From Geosiphon pyriformis uo1 (taxonomy: Eukaryota; Fungi; Glomeromycota), in the NCBI GenBank assembly GCA_016748015.1, contig JAAOMT010000529.1, positions 190,848-254,847 of the forward strand: a DNA stretch of 64,000 bases, given 5' to 3'. The notes under the pieces were generated by a model, which was not told the origin of the DNA, searched no databases, and was given only the letters and a program-made list of their open reading frames with translations. The position numbers and the translations under genes were made by a program. Position 1 is the stretch's first letter. Every line of letters starts with the position of its first letter. Shown here one piece after another: positions 37,432-51,000 of the stretch.

Positions 37432-38278
37432 TTAATTTTCTAATTTAAGATTGCTCAATTTTGGAGGAGGTCGAGGGAAATAATCCAGAGTGTGATATAT
37501 ATTTAAAGGTTTCATAGGAGCTAGCATAAGATCTGCATTGTCAATCGATTTCGCAGTATTCTGAAGAAAAATTGATTCAGATTTGACAGTTAATTGTTGA
37601 TATACTCGGAAAAAGATATTTTTCGCAACATTACCAATTTTATAGTATCCAGCACACGACTGATTGGATTGGTAAGGAGATTTTCTGTCTCGTCAACACG
37701 GTCATTTACGTCGTTAACCGTTTTTTTCACAATGTTAACAAATTGCTATATATATATAGATGTAGAACTAGTAAAGAAAATAAATTATGAAAATGCCGAA
37801 TTCGAATAGGTGTACCTCTAAAAAATCGATTTTGCTAAATAGCGCGTCTAATTGATTGGCAGTATCAAACAATTCTTTAGAAGCCAACTCCGTGCGATTT
37901 CCCACATCTTGACGTACCTAGACAGTGAGTTTGGCCAAATAATTATAATTAAATTGTAAATACATGTAACAAATTGCAATCTCTTGCGATAAAAAAAAGG
38001 TTTTACGAAAATTTTCTCATTTACAAGTTCTAGAGATTCTTTGATCTCTTCCATTTGGTTGGATACATTTTCAACATTGTTTCTTATTTCTTTGAACTAG
38101 GATTTCAGTTGTAAAATCAAAGACGCTCTTAGTTTCAGTTAAACTATGACAGTGTGATCGAAAAGACTTGACTATTTCGTACACCTTCCAACCGTTTCAC
38201 GGAAAGATCAAAGTGTTTTGCTAACTCCTGTGAAGTCTTTTTCAAGTCCGGAAACGTTTCAGCATCAGCATCAGCCAT
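37432..38278 (-). CDS. BLOC-1 subunit 4 (cappuccino/CNL1)-like, about 5 short exons
   Basis: Spliced reading MADADAETFPDLKKTSQELAKHF...MEEIKESLEL|VRQD...LDALFSKIDFLE|QFVNIVKKTVNDVNDRVDETE...|...LNIYHTLDYFP fits the BLOC1S4 pattern (IDxLExFVxxV; C-terminal TxDYF). Confidence 0.7.
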
Positions 38279-38507
38279 TGTCTATTAGCCTTCACGTTAA
38301 AAAACAGATTTTCAAATTTAGAGTACATGCATAAGGTCGATCTTAGCTTTTGTTGGTGTGGGAAAATTAACATTGGAGAAAATCAGTAAAATTAATCATT
38401 CAGCGCCTAATATAGGTATGTTCATTTAACATGTTACTTGGAATCTGTATTTAGCGGGCCTTTTTAGTCGTCCTATTTACCTTACAGGTCTTCGAAGTTG
38501 GAAAATA

Positions 38508-39963
38508 ATGTCTAGCGAAGAGTCCAAAAAAGAAATGAAAGAAGCAGAAAAGCTCCGTAAGCGACGTGAGGCTCGTCAAAAGAAGATCTTGCAGAGTGCG
38601 GGTAATCGGTTACATAAAATTACTACTGCACACGGTGGAGAGTCCCCAATCTTGAGTTCTAGTCAACAATCTTCGCCTACAGGGAGTGAAGCCTCTTTTA
38701 ATCCTTTCTCCTCTAGTAGAAAATGTAGGAATTTTTAGTTGAGTTACATTTCTTGAAACACCTTGACTGAACTCTTATGTTACTTTAGCATCTTTCTCGA
38801 CTACGTCGCGACCAAATTTACAATTGTCTGATCCGATTCCTCCTGTTGTTCATGAAGAACCAGAATCGATTCCAATTCCCCAATCTCTAAACTCTATGCC
38901 AAACATCAAAATCAGTCAGCCTGATACCGAGAATTTTTTTTCTAGAGACGCGTCATCTGGGATTGTATATCCTTTGCCTACATTGATCCCCGGGGCAACA
39001 ACACCTCCTATTCAACTTGGACAGTCTACAGACCCCTCTTTTTCAAGTGATCAACAAAATGATTTAATTGACCAAGAACATCTTCATCAAATGATTGAAA
39101 ATATGCGTAGGTATAATAATAGTTCAGGGTCAATAAATTCTACAAATGATGGATTTCCTGAAGAACAGCCATTATTTCCTGGTGGTTTTCACCCCCCGCA
39201 TTATCCTTCCCTAACGCCTGAAGATCAATCATTGTTATTACAACAACTTCAAAACAAGCCACAAGAAGAACAATCATTTGTAGACACACTTTTTCCCTTT
39301 TTACCCGAGATGTTGCTTATAGGATCACTTGGCTCTAACGGAAAATCTAAACAGGCAGATTCAGAAGCACGTTTATGGAAATTGATTCATTTCGTTGTTA
39401 TGGTTTTGCTTGGGATTTATATGATTTTCTTGGAATTTAAAAGAGAGTCTGGCGCTTGGCACAGATTCGCGTATTTAAATGACCAGAGCCCATATAGTAT
39501 CATAAACAATGATTCAATTGAGAGCCAGGTAATTTTCATCCATGATATGTTTTGAATACAAGTATTCGTATTCTGATTAGGGTTCTTCATTTTTTCAGTC
39601 ACTTTTTTGGTATTTTGCTGTTTTGGAACTCCTTTTGCAATCCTCACGTATACTTTTGCAACAGGTTTGTTTCTCGAATGGTTTTAAATATGATATTCAA
39701 TAAATGCTGACTAATTTATCTATCACAATTTTCCCAAAATAATTCTTGGGGGAATAATCTGATAAAAACAGGAGAGAACCTTTCATGGAAGCAACATTGG
39801 CAAACTTGTGTCCCGTCTTCCGTCACCTTTTTCTGAGGTACTCATCGTTTTGATGCGTTATAGACTGATTTGGAACAGTCTATGGGAAGATATCACAGTC
39901 CTGGTTTTTATGGTCGGTAGTATAATTACCTTTGCACCAATTTTCACCTATAATAAAAAATAA
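38508..39963 (+). CDS. GET2/CAML-like tail-anchored protein insertase subunit, 4 exons
   Basis: N-terminal RKRREARQKKILQSAGNRLHKIT. Three predicted TM segments including LFWYFAVLELLLQSSR and WEDITVLVFMVG. Confidence 0.8.
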
Positions 39964-40158
39964 GTGTCCTCATGAAACCATTGTCCCTTACATGAGGCAC
40001 ACGAACACCCTGAGGAACTATATTGACGGATATTTTAGATCAAGAACATGATACTGTTCGCTGTCCCAGAAGTTCAACTCAGCATAGTTGTTATATTTCT
40101 GAGATGTTGGTTGCTTAATTTATAAGATATTTGGGATCTCTTCAAAACATATGACCAA

Positions 40159-41446
<1,288 letters not shown>

Positions 41447-41928
41447 AACAAATACGCTAAGCTAGATTTTCAGAATTTTGGACAATTTATGATGGTTTTT
41501 GCATCAGATACGACCAAACCAATGAAAAACGATTCCAATAAAGCATAGTCCACATTTTTAGCCCTTAAGTAAAATTTCATTACTAGCCTCTACAAGCAAG
41601 TCTTTCGATAGGACCCGATTAAAAGGAAGAGCTTTTTTAATGAAGTTAATACGAGCAATTTGAATTGATAGAGGATACAGTTTCTCTCTTGATCAAGATT
41701 AATGAAACTTTAATCGATAATCATCTAAAGAGCAAATTTCGCAATAAAATAAGTATTCAAATATAAGAAGATATAAATATTAAGCGGTGTTCTACACAAG
41801 ATCCAAGGGAAACATAATGTGTTTAACTTCAGGAGAATCGAATATTTTTTTGGATTAAATACTCAAAGCTCACCTAAAAAAGAAAACATAGGCTTAAATA
41901 TTTAAGGTTACAATTTTCTTGGATGGTG

Positions 41929-44595
41929 TCAATCGTCTTCGAGATGAAATACACCTCCTGTTCCACCTTGATTAAGGATCGCTATTAAAGAGAAATTTGT
42001 CATTAATTCTCATTTGTTATAAAGCTATTAAATTCAAGTTGAAAGATATAATAGCATACCCAGCATTTGGAGTATCATATTGCTAGGTATGACTACAATA
42101 CGCCTTCTAGATGTATTTCCATCGCTCATTAATCTGCTATTGCGTTCAAGAATTTCTTCTGCTTGTGATATATCATTATCATCTTCAGCACAAGGATACC
42201 ATATTTTGACGTCATTATCAATCCCTGATGTACACATAATCGGGAAGAAGGGGTGTGGCTGAATGCAGTTGACAACTTTCTATTTTTTGTAAAATTAAAA
42301 TGTTCGCGTTGTCAGTATAATGTTCTGGAGCGTTAAGAAAAATGGCGTTTACCTTATCTCCAATCAATATATTCACAATACGTCCGTTACTCTTGTCCCA
42401 AATAAAAATCCGGCGATCATCTGAGCCGGTCATGATATATTGGGAGTTGCCGCCAAAAAAATTAGCTTCCTTGATCTTAGTTAAAATGAGAAGGGAAATT
42501 ACCGAGTCGAAGCTACACAAAGAAATTAAAGAAAAAGAAAATATAGAATATTAGATACCATAGTTTTTTCGTTTAAATGACCCCCAAAAGATCGAACTAT
42601 ATCTTCATTTTTTCCTTCTAGAATATCGTATTCTGTCAAATCTTCATCTTCATCACTACTACATATATTGTCATCGAAATCATTATCGTCTTCGTTATCA
42701 TCTTCCATGTCAATATCCTCGTTGTTCAAATGATCATTTTGCCCCAAAGAAATGAAATTACTTTCTTCCTCCAAAATAGCATCTACATCTCGCAGATTAC
42801 TTTCTTTGGGAGATGAAAGGGTCGAAATGTTATCTTGTTCACGATTGGAAGATGTAGTAGAGGTATTGTCCGGAATCATTTCCTTGGTTTTGCCTTTTGG
42901 GTCATACGCAACATTAGGAGATGCTAAAGCAATGTCTGTTTGAGGACTTGAATTTAATATTTCTAAATTTTCTAACACATTCTCACTTTCATCTTTATTA
43001 TCTTTCAGTTTTTTCTTTTTAACGGCTCTGATACCACCCAGTCGAGGTTTTCCGATTTGGTCAATTTTACCACCACCTGGCCTGATCAAATAAACCTTAC
43101 CACGACTATAACTTGCCAATAGATCACCACCACCAGAAGGATCATATTTTAAGCATGTCATTCGATGATAAAGAGGTTCAAATCGACGCCGCGCTTCTTT
43201 CCGGTAAGCCTTATCATGTTTCACTTCATTGGGTATGAAACTATAAACTTGAGAGTCGCGATGGTAGGCATTTTCAGAGGGTGGTTTGATAAATCTGCGA
43301 TCATATATTCGGACTGTGTCATCTGAGCAGGCAGCTGCCAAATATACAGTATTATCAGGCCTTATAGTTATTCCAGTAATACTCATTGCATCGGAGGAGC
43401 GTAATATAAAAGGTCGCCGCCTTCTCCTTGATTGTTGTTCTGATTCAGGTTCACTTTGCGACCTAGTTTCTTCAAGATTATCCATATGTGAATTCTTTGA
43501 AGCTAGCTTTCGTTTTTCACGTTGTGGACGGCGCTTTTGATTTAGGTCGAGGAGAGTATGCTGGGAGCAATGATCACAATCACATGAAGTACGAATACGG
43601 AGGTCATATTGGTTGATCGTGCCATCATCAGAACAATCAAAAAAGATGTTAGGATCGATTGGATCTGGGAGAACTTCGTATCTATAATAATTAGGGATTA
43701 AATATGTATGTTGGTATTATATATGGCTAAATAGAAAACAAAAGATTTTCGTTTTGGGAATAGGATTATAAATCACGGACACGTTTCCATAAATTTGCTG
43801 TGATAAAACTTTATTTGAAATATAATTATAAATATATGCACTTACGTTAGATCACTGTGACATTGAAATGAAGAACATGGATTCCAAGAGCTTGTCCCCG
43901 ATTGAGAAATAAAGGCATCAAGATCTGTGAATTTAACTATCCCATCAGCTGCACATGATACAATATGTCGATTGCCCGTGTTTGTCATAAACCGAGCAGA
44001 AAAAATATTTGCATGATGTCCAGAAGGGATAGAATGTATGAGAGGATTGTTTTGATGTTCGAAGGGCGACCAGATATTGATTTTGCAGTCATCTGAGAAA
44101 TCAGGTCTATAGGTTAGTAAAAGTATCGGATATTTTTTCGAATTCATTCAAAAATCTCACTAATGATCAATGATATATTCATTTTTTGTAATTAAAACTT
44201 TTTTCAACAAATTTAAGATTGCCAATCTAATACTTTTATGTGTTTAACTAGCGAACACTGAATGTGAATTTTGAAACCAAAATTGTGGAAATAATCTTAG
44301 AGAAATACAAAGAATCTCCAGAATATCATATAGGTCACGCTAGAATAATGTAAGTATGGGATAGTTTACCTGAACCAGATAAAATAAGATTTCCACTTTG
44401 GTTCCAAACCACCGAGTTTACACATCCTTGGTGACCTTTCAAGCTGTCATAAGTGTCAGTGAACCGTTTCACAAAATATGGATCCCCTTTTAAACTGGGT
44501 GCAAATATGGCTTGCTGTGGGGACAGTGCCCTCTTTCCTAATAGCTCCACTACATGAGACCTTGAGTCAAAATGTGGTATTTTATCATAAAACAT
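41929..44595 (-). CDS. WD40 DDB1-CUL4 associated factor (DCAF6/DCAF8/Iqw1-like), multi-exon
   Basis: LKGHQGCVNSVVWNQSGNLILSGS|DD, SGHHANIFSARF, VRIYDRR, GHLNEKTM|IKEANFFG...TGSDD..IFIWDK, VNCIQPHP..TSGIDNDVKIWYP. Confidence 0.88.
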
Positions 44596-45885
44596 AATGG
44601 GTATTTCACTATTTTACCAAAATTGCTATTAACTTCTCTTTCTCTAGCAGGATGCTTTTTATGCATTTGTGAGCCATCGTAACATCTATCGCATCATCTA
44701 GTGACGCTAACGATCAGTCTATTTATCTCAGCTCTCATGACTAAAATAGCGGCATTGTCACGTGTTGGTTCTTCAATGGCCTTTGTCGCGCGACCAAATT
44801 TCCAAATCAGGATTTCGCCCAAAAAGAATTTAAATTATGCTCCTCAAGAAAACTTTAACCGCTCGCAAATGTTGCTTTTCTTCGACTAGCCGCCATTGCT
44901 GTTATTGTGCCCTCTGCCGTTATGAATGCTATTGCCGCTATTGTGGCACAAGCTATTCCCGCGTGTCCCGTTTCTGTTGTTACTGTTGCTTCGAATTTTA
45001 GGGAAATCAGTGTATTTGTAAACATTGTTATTATTGCTCCTTCACTTACGTTGATAAATTGCCGCTGGCCTCGACTGGAATCCTGCACAAGTAACGAATG
45101 TGTATATAATGGTTTGAATATATCATATTTCGGATTCTATATCTTTGTCTACTATCAGCCACAATTTGGAGCATGTTGAGAATAATTTATCTCTTAAACG
45201 TGATATTTGGTTCTATCCACAGATTTCGGAATACAAGTCCAATCCGTGATAATTCTTCGAAATGGCTTCATCAGGTTACAATAGACTTGCGGATTAAATA
45301 TTATTCGGCACAAATGCTATATATTCGATAATTTGACATTCGACTATCTCAGAAGAGGAAATCTTTCCGTCAAATTGACATTTGTGAAATATATGTAAAT
45401 ACTGAATATAAAATTGTAAAAATATAATAGATGTAATTTATTGAGCAAAGAATAAGTAATTTCGATTGAATATTTGTAAATTTGAACTATAAGTTCGAAA
45501 TTATACGGCTAGAAAAAAGAAAGTGTGATTGGCTTTGATTTATACAAAAACCACCGAGTTTTTATTTCTAGAAGAATCTATCTAGATGTTAAAACAAATG
45601 GCTGGTGATTGAATAGAAACCATATGTTGGCCGATGGAGTAAAAGTTTATAAAATCTTTATGAAAGGAATGATTATAACTAATCACTTGGAAACATTCAG
45701 TCTTCATTTGTAATTTTTTAGATTATCTATGAAAAGCTACATAACACGTGGTGTCCAGTGACACTTGAGTTCAAAGAATAATTTGTATATGATGTCATCG
45801 AGATGTAGGATCAAATGTCATCTTTTTTGCCATCAATAAAAAGGCTCTTTATCTGTTTCCGCCACCTTTCACATACTCCATTATT

Positions 45886-46119
45886 ATGTCAGTTCAACAA
45901 GACAAACCAGAAACTACCCTCGTAGTTGCAGCCATTCCTTCACATCATGAACCCGCGCCCCCAATCCACGATTCTTCTACCAAACTTAAACCTTGTTGTG
46001 CATGTCCGGACACCAAAAGGGTTCGTGACGAGTGTATATTTGCTAAAGGCGAAGAGAGTTGTCAAGAATTGATTGAAGCGCATAAAGCATGCATGCGCAG
46101 CTACGGTTTCAAAGTTTAA
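45886..46119 (+). CDS. COX17: Cytochrome c oxidase copper chaperone
   Basis: [16 protein letters not shown]...[17 protein letters not shown] (CC motif plus twin CX9C). Confidence 0.96.
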   Translation: MSVQQDKPETTLVVAAIPSHHEPAPPIHDSSTKLKPCCACPDTKRVRDECIFAKGEESCQELIEAHKACMRSYGFKV

Positions 46120-46790
46120 CCAAAGAAATTATTAGTGAAAGACATTTTTTGCGATTACATTGAATGATACGGTGAATTTTGATGATAATAACTTAAAACC
46201 ATGAGTTTCCATAGACAAAAGTTATAATAATATTCGAATTAATTGCACCTCTTAAAGCTTCTGATGCAACTTTTTTTTTATAGTAAAAATTTAATAAGAT
46301 GATTTTTATCTCTGATTTTGGGACTCAGTTAGCTCTCAGCAATTTTTTTTGCATGAAGAATTCTGTCCGAAATTCTTGATTACAAAAATACCAGCTAGTT
46401 TTATTTAAAATATTAATGAAAATAGGAAAAATTTCTGTACTTGTTTTTTTATATATAAATTTAATTTGTTTAATAATATTTTTTAACCTTTATAAACTTA
46501 TTTTATTTGCTTTAGCGAGTGTAGTCCATTCGCTATTTAAATGTTAGAAGTAGTAAGCGCGGGTCAACTTATTTAATTTATTTATATTTGTTATTAATTG
46601 TTTTAAATCATAATATTAATTTGCATAATAAAATAAATGAATTTATTTAATATATTTAAATTAAGAAATATGATTATTTTATATACATAGGTAATAATAT
46701 TAAAACAAAACTATTAGCAAAAAAATTTGTTATTTATATTTTACATGAATTATTATTTTACAATTTTTAATATTAATATTGTTAAATAAT

Positions 46791-46974
46791 AAAAATATTA
46801 TTTATGTAAAAAATATTACACAAAAGATAAAATACATAAAAAAAATGTAAAATAATTTAATAAAATAGTTTTATATTAATTTTTCGATTTTTTAAACAAA
46901 TTTCAAAAAAAAAATGTTATTTATATAAAAAATATTATACAAAAGATAAAATACATAGAAAAAATGTAAAATTA
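46791..46974. repeat. Imperfect direct repeat, two copies of about 65 bp
   Basis: ...aaaaaatattaYacaaaagataaaatacata...aaaatgtaaaat near 46791-46855 and 46911-46974. Confidence 0.7.
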
Positions 46975-47821
46975 TAAAAAAAAATTTTAATGTTAATTTA
47001 GATTTGTAATTTACAATTTTTTTTATGTCTTAATTAAGTGTAATTTTACGAATTATCTAAACTATTTATATTTTTAATAATTAAATTATAAACTTAATTT
47101 ACATATTTTTTACATATAATTAACTACTTAAATTAATAAATACTTAATGTTTTAATTTTACCAAAGTATTTAACAAAAGTCTGTTTATTTTTAATGTATT
47201 TATATAAACATTTTTTAATTATATTTTTATTGAACTCGATTTTATTTTTAATATAATATATATATAATATATTTTTTTATAATTATTTATAATTAATTTA
47301 AAACTTTTAAATCCATAAATTTAAACTTTGTATTTAATTTTAAATTAACTAAAATTCTTAAGTATAATAATAATTAAGTTAATAATATATTTAATTAAAG
47401 TTTTTAAAATAGCAAAATATTCTTTAATATTTATAATAAATTTAACTTAAAAAACCAATTTTTATAATTTGAATTTCAAAAAAACTAATCTTAATTTATA
47501 TTTTATATTAACAAATTATTAAAAAAACCAAAATAAAATATTATTAAAGAGCAATAGCTTTATACAAAATAAAAATTTAACAAATTAATTAACAAAAATC
47601 TTAAATATAATAAAAAACTTGAAAATTTTAACAACTGTTTTATCAAAAAAAAATTTAAATTAAAAGTAATAATAACAAACTATTAATAATAATTAATATT
47701 AAAAAACCGAAAAATAAAACAAATTTATATATATTATAAAAAACAATAATTTTTTTAAATAATTATTAGAATTAATTAACAAGCAAAAACAGGTTTAATA
47801 ACTTTAAAAAACCTAAAATAC

Positions 47822-47822
47822 A

Positions 47823-47863
<41 letters not shown>
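47822..47863. repeat. (TAT)n microsatellite
   Basis: Seen directly in the sequence. Confidence 0.9.
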
Positions 47864-47865
<2 letters not shown>

Positions 47866-48040
47866 AACCATTAAATTTAAGCTTAATATTTACAATTTTA
47901 CCAAAAATACTTAAAACATTTTTAATTTTATTAAAAAAAATATTCAAAAAAATATTGTTATTAGTATTACTAATATTATATAAATAAATAAATTATATAT
48001 TTAAAAAAAAAAAAAAATAATACCAAAAAAAAAAAAAAAA

Positions 48041-51000
48041 ACTTTTTTTTCTCTCCTACCTCCAAAAAACCTCAACGAGCACTTTTCTGAGAAAAAAAGT
48101 TTTTTGGTTTTTCTTGTTAATAATATATCAACATTTCTTTAACTAACAACCCTTTCGTCATGGATTTGGAGGCTGTTTTTAGTAACAGCATGTCTAGTAA
48201 GAAGACTCCTAAGGGCATGTTTCATGGTCCTGCTGATAGTTCCTTTTCACAAAGAAAGAAAGCTTCTCTTGGAAATGTTAAACACTCTGGTGATGAGAAG
48301 AATATCTCTTTAAAGTCTGGTTCTGATGCTAGTGTATATTCTAATGTGGAGAGCCTATCTGATAATGATGAAAATGTTAGTATATCTGGTGGTTTTGATG
48401 GTTCTCTCTTGGACTCGGCTGTTAACACTCCCAAGACTAAACGAGTAAATACTGGTGCAAATTTTGGTTCTCCTATTGGTTCTCCTGACTTTGAAATGGA
48501 TGAAGAGGTGAAGCCCCTTCCACCCCTCCTTAGGAAAAAGATTCCTTTGGATAAGATTTGGATTGATCCCAAGATCATCAAAATTCCTGTAGAAATGTCA
48601 GTTAAAAAATCATTTGCTTTGGACATTAATCTTTTGGCTGTGGAAGAGAAATCAGCTATGCAAAAAACTCAGTTTGTCAGAAAAAATTTTTCAAAAATCA
48701 ATGGTTTTGGAGGAGCCACTACCCCCTTAAAATTTGAAGGGATTATTAGATCAACGTTTACATCAGAGGAAAGCATGAAGAAAGCCATTTTATTGCCTGG
48801 TGAAAATGGGATTAGTGTAAACAACAATCTTAGGAAACAAGAATTTCATTCAGATTGGGCCGTAGTGATTAAGAAAATTCCTATAGACATGCCTAAGGAT
48901 ATAATCATTACTGCAGTCTCTGAGTTTGGGCAAATTAAGTTGATCAAAATTCAGCTAATTGGAATGTGACAAAAGACTGTAGTGGAGTTTGCCAAATCAA
49001 GTCAAGTCAATCTGTTGGTCTCAAAATAGTCATTCCTGATCAGAAAGGATTCAGTACGTGTTGCCAAAGCAGCAAGAAATCACAATATCTGGACATCGAG
49101 AGATTAATTTAGGGCGTTGTTGTTTACTTTGCCAGTGGAAATGACTGCTCATAATCTTGGTACTCTTTTGGAAAAGGCTGGTGGAAAAACTTGCATCATC
49201 AATCATTCATTGGAAACTGGCAATAGATTTTGTTGTGCTGTGGTTGGCTTTGAATCTAATGAGAAATTGGAATCTGCTTTTCGCACTGAGCCTATTTTTG
49301 GTGAGGTGCGTCTTTCATGGGCTAAGTTGGATTTGGTTTGGTATGAGAAGTGTGGGCATTTTGGCCATTCTATTTTGGAGTGTGATGTATTAGTTGAGTC
49401 ATCTTCTGGCCTCCCAAATTTGTTTAAGAAGTCTGCTTCTGGTTTTGATTGTCTTCAGTTAGCCAGGTTGTATGTGAAAAAAAATGTTCCTATCTCTCAC
49501 CCTGCTGCCTTTGGCAGAAAATTATGAGCTCAAGTAATGTCTCTTGCCTCCCCTTCTGGTGGCTTTTCTTCTGGTTCTGGTTTGCTCTCTGGTGGTAAGT
49601 CTCTTTCTTTTGGTTCTTCTGGTCCTCAGGTTGATGGTTTGGGTGATTGTTTGGCAGTTTTAGAGCATTCTTTGGAAATTCTTTCAGATCAGATTTCTGT
49701 TATTCTTAAAAAATTGAGTTTTGTTAATCTGGTGCCTTTGGCATCCACTTCTCGTGCTTTTTTTATGGCTGGTACAGTGCCTTCAGCTCTGGTTGTGGAT
49801 TTAGATATGGCTCTGGATGATATGTTGGCTTTGTTTGTTCTCCCTTTTTCTAGTAGTAATGAGCCTACTGCTGGTCTTAATTTAAGTGGTTCTAAGATGC
49901 TTACCTCCAAGGTGGGTGGTTTGGAATCCAAATTGTCTGTTCTAAAAGCCTCATTCAGTTTGATTCTGGTGAGATTGGATCTCTTGTGTTCTGGTTCAGG
50001 CTCATCCTTACCCCCTTCATTCCAATGAGTGATCTAATTTGGAAATTAGCTACATGCAACATTCGGGATATTAATGTTCCTGCAAAACAGACAGACATAG
50101 TCTATTGTCATGTGAGTTCTGGAAATATGGTTTTCTTTGTTGCTGAGACAAAATTAAAGTCCTCTTCTGGATCATGGATCAGAGACAAATTTGATGGAAT
50201 TCAGATTTTTACTTCTGAGTTGGATATTGGTTATCTTGGTGCTGGTGTTGTTGTGATTATAAACAACTCTTTGGCTCACTATGTTTCTAGGATTGAGGAG
50301 ATTCCTGGTCATTTGATTTCGATTTGGCTTTTGTTTAAAGGCAAGCTTTCAGTTACAATTCTGGGTTTGTATGCTGGTGCTTCTCCTGGGACTAGGTTTG
50401 CTCAGGCTCCTGTAGTGAATTTTCTTATTGTTAAGACTGTTAACTCCAGCACTTTTGTCTTTTTGGGTGGTAATTTCAATGAGAATAGTTCTGGGAAGAG
50501 TGCAAGTTTTAAGTTCTATTTGGGTTTGGGTTTAATCAATTCTTTTGCTGGACACTTTTTGGTCAAAACGGCTATATAGAGCAATTCTAGAGGGGTAAAG
50601 AAAACAATTGATTTTATTCTTGTTAGTGGGACTCTATCTTCTACTGTTGCGAAGCATTGTGTCAATTCTGTTTCTGATTTCTTTGATATGGATCACAAAT
50701 CTGTCATAATATTGGTTGGCCTGGGTGGGCTCTTAGATGTTCGGCTAAATGGTTTGCATAAGCAGACCAATAAGGACTGTTGGAAGTTTAAGATCAAGGA
50801 TGCTGATGGTGCTAGGTGGTTCCATTTTAAGGAATGTTCCTCTGCTAAGATGTTGGAGGTAAAGGGGAGGTTTCTTGGTGCTGCTGCTGGTCTTGATTTG
50901 GATGCTATGTGGACTTTGCTGAAAAAGGTGGTGGTGGATTCTGCAGATGAAATATTTTCTAAACATTGGTTCTGTGATTTTCAATGCTCAAAAAATAAAC

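Noticed and set aside
46513-46535. Hairpin TAGCGAGTG-TAGTC-CATTCGCTA as a Helitron 3' end or terminator
   Set aside because: No CTRR terminus at the expected distance and no second copy in the window.
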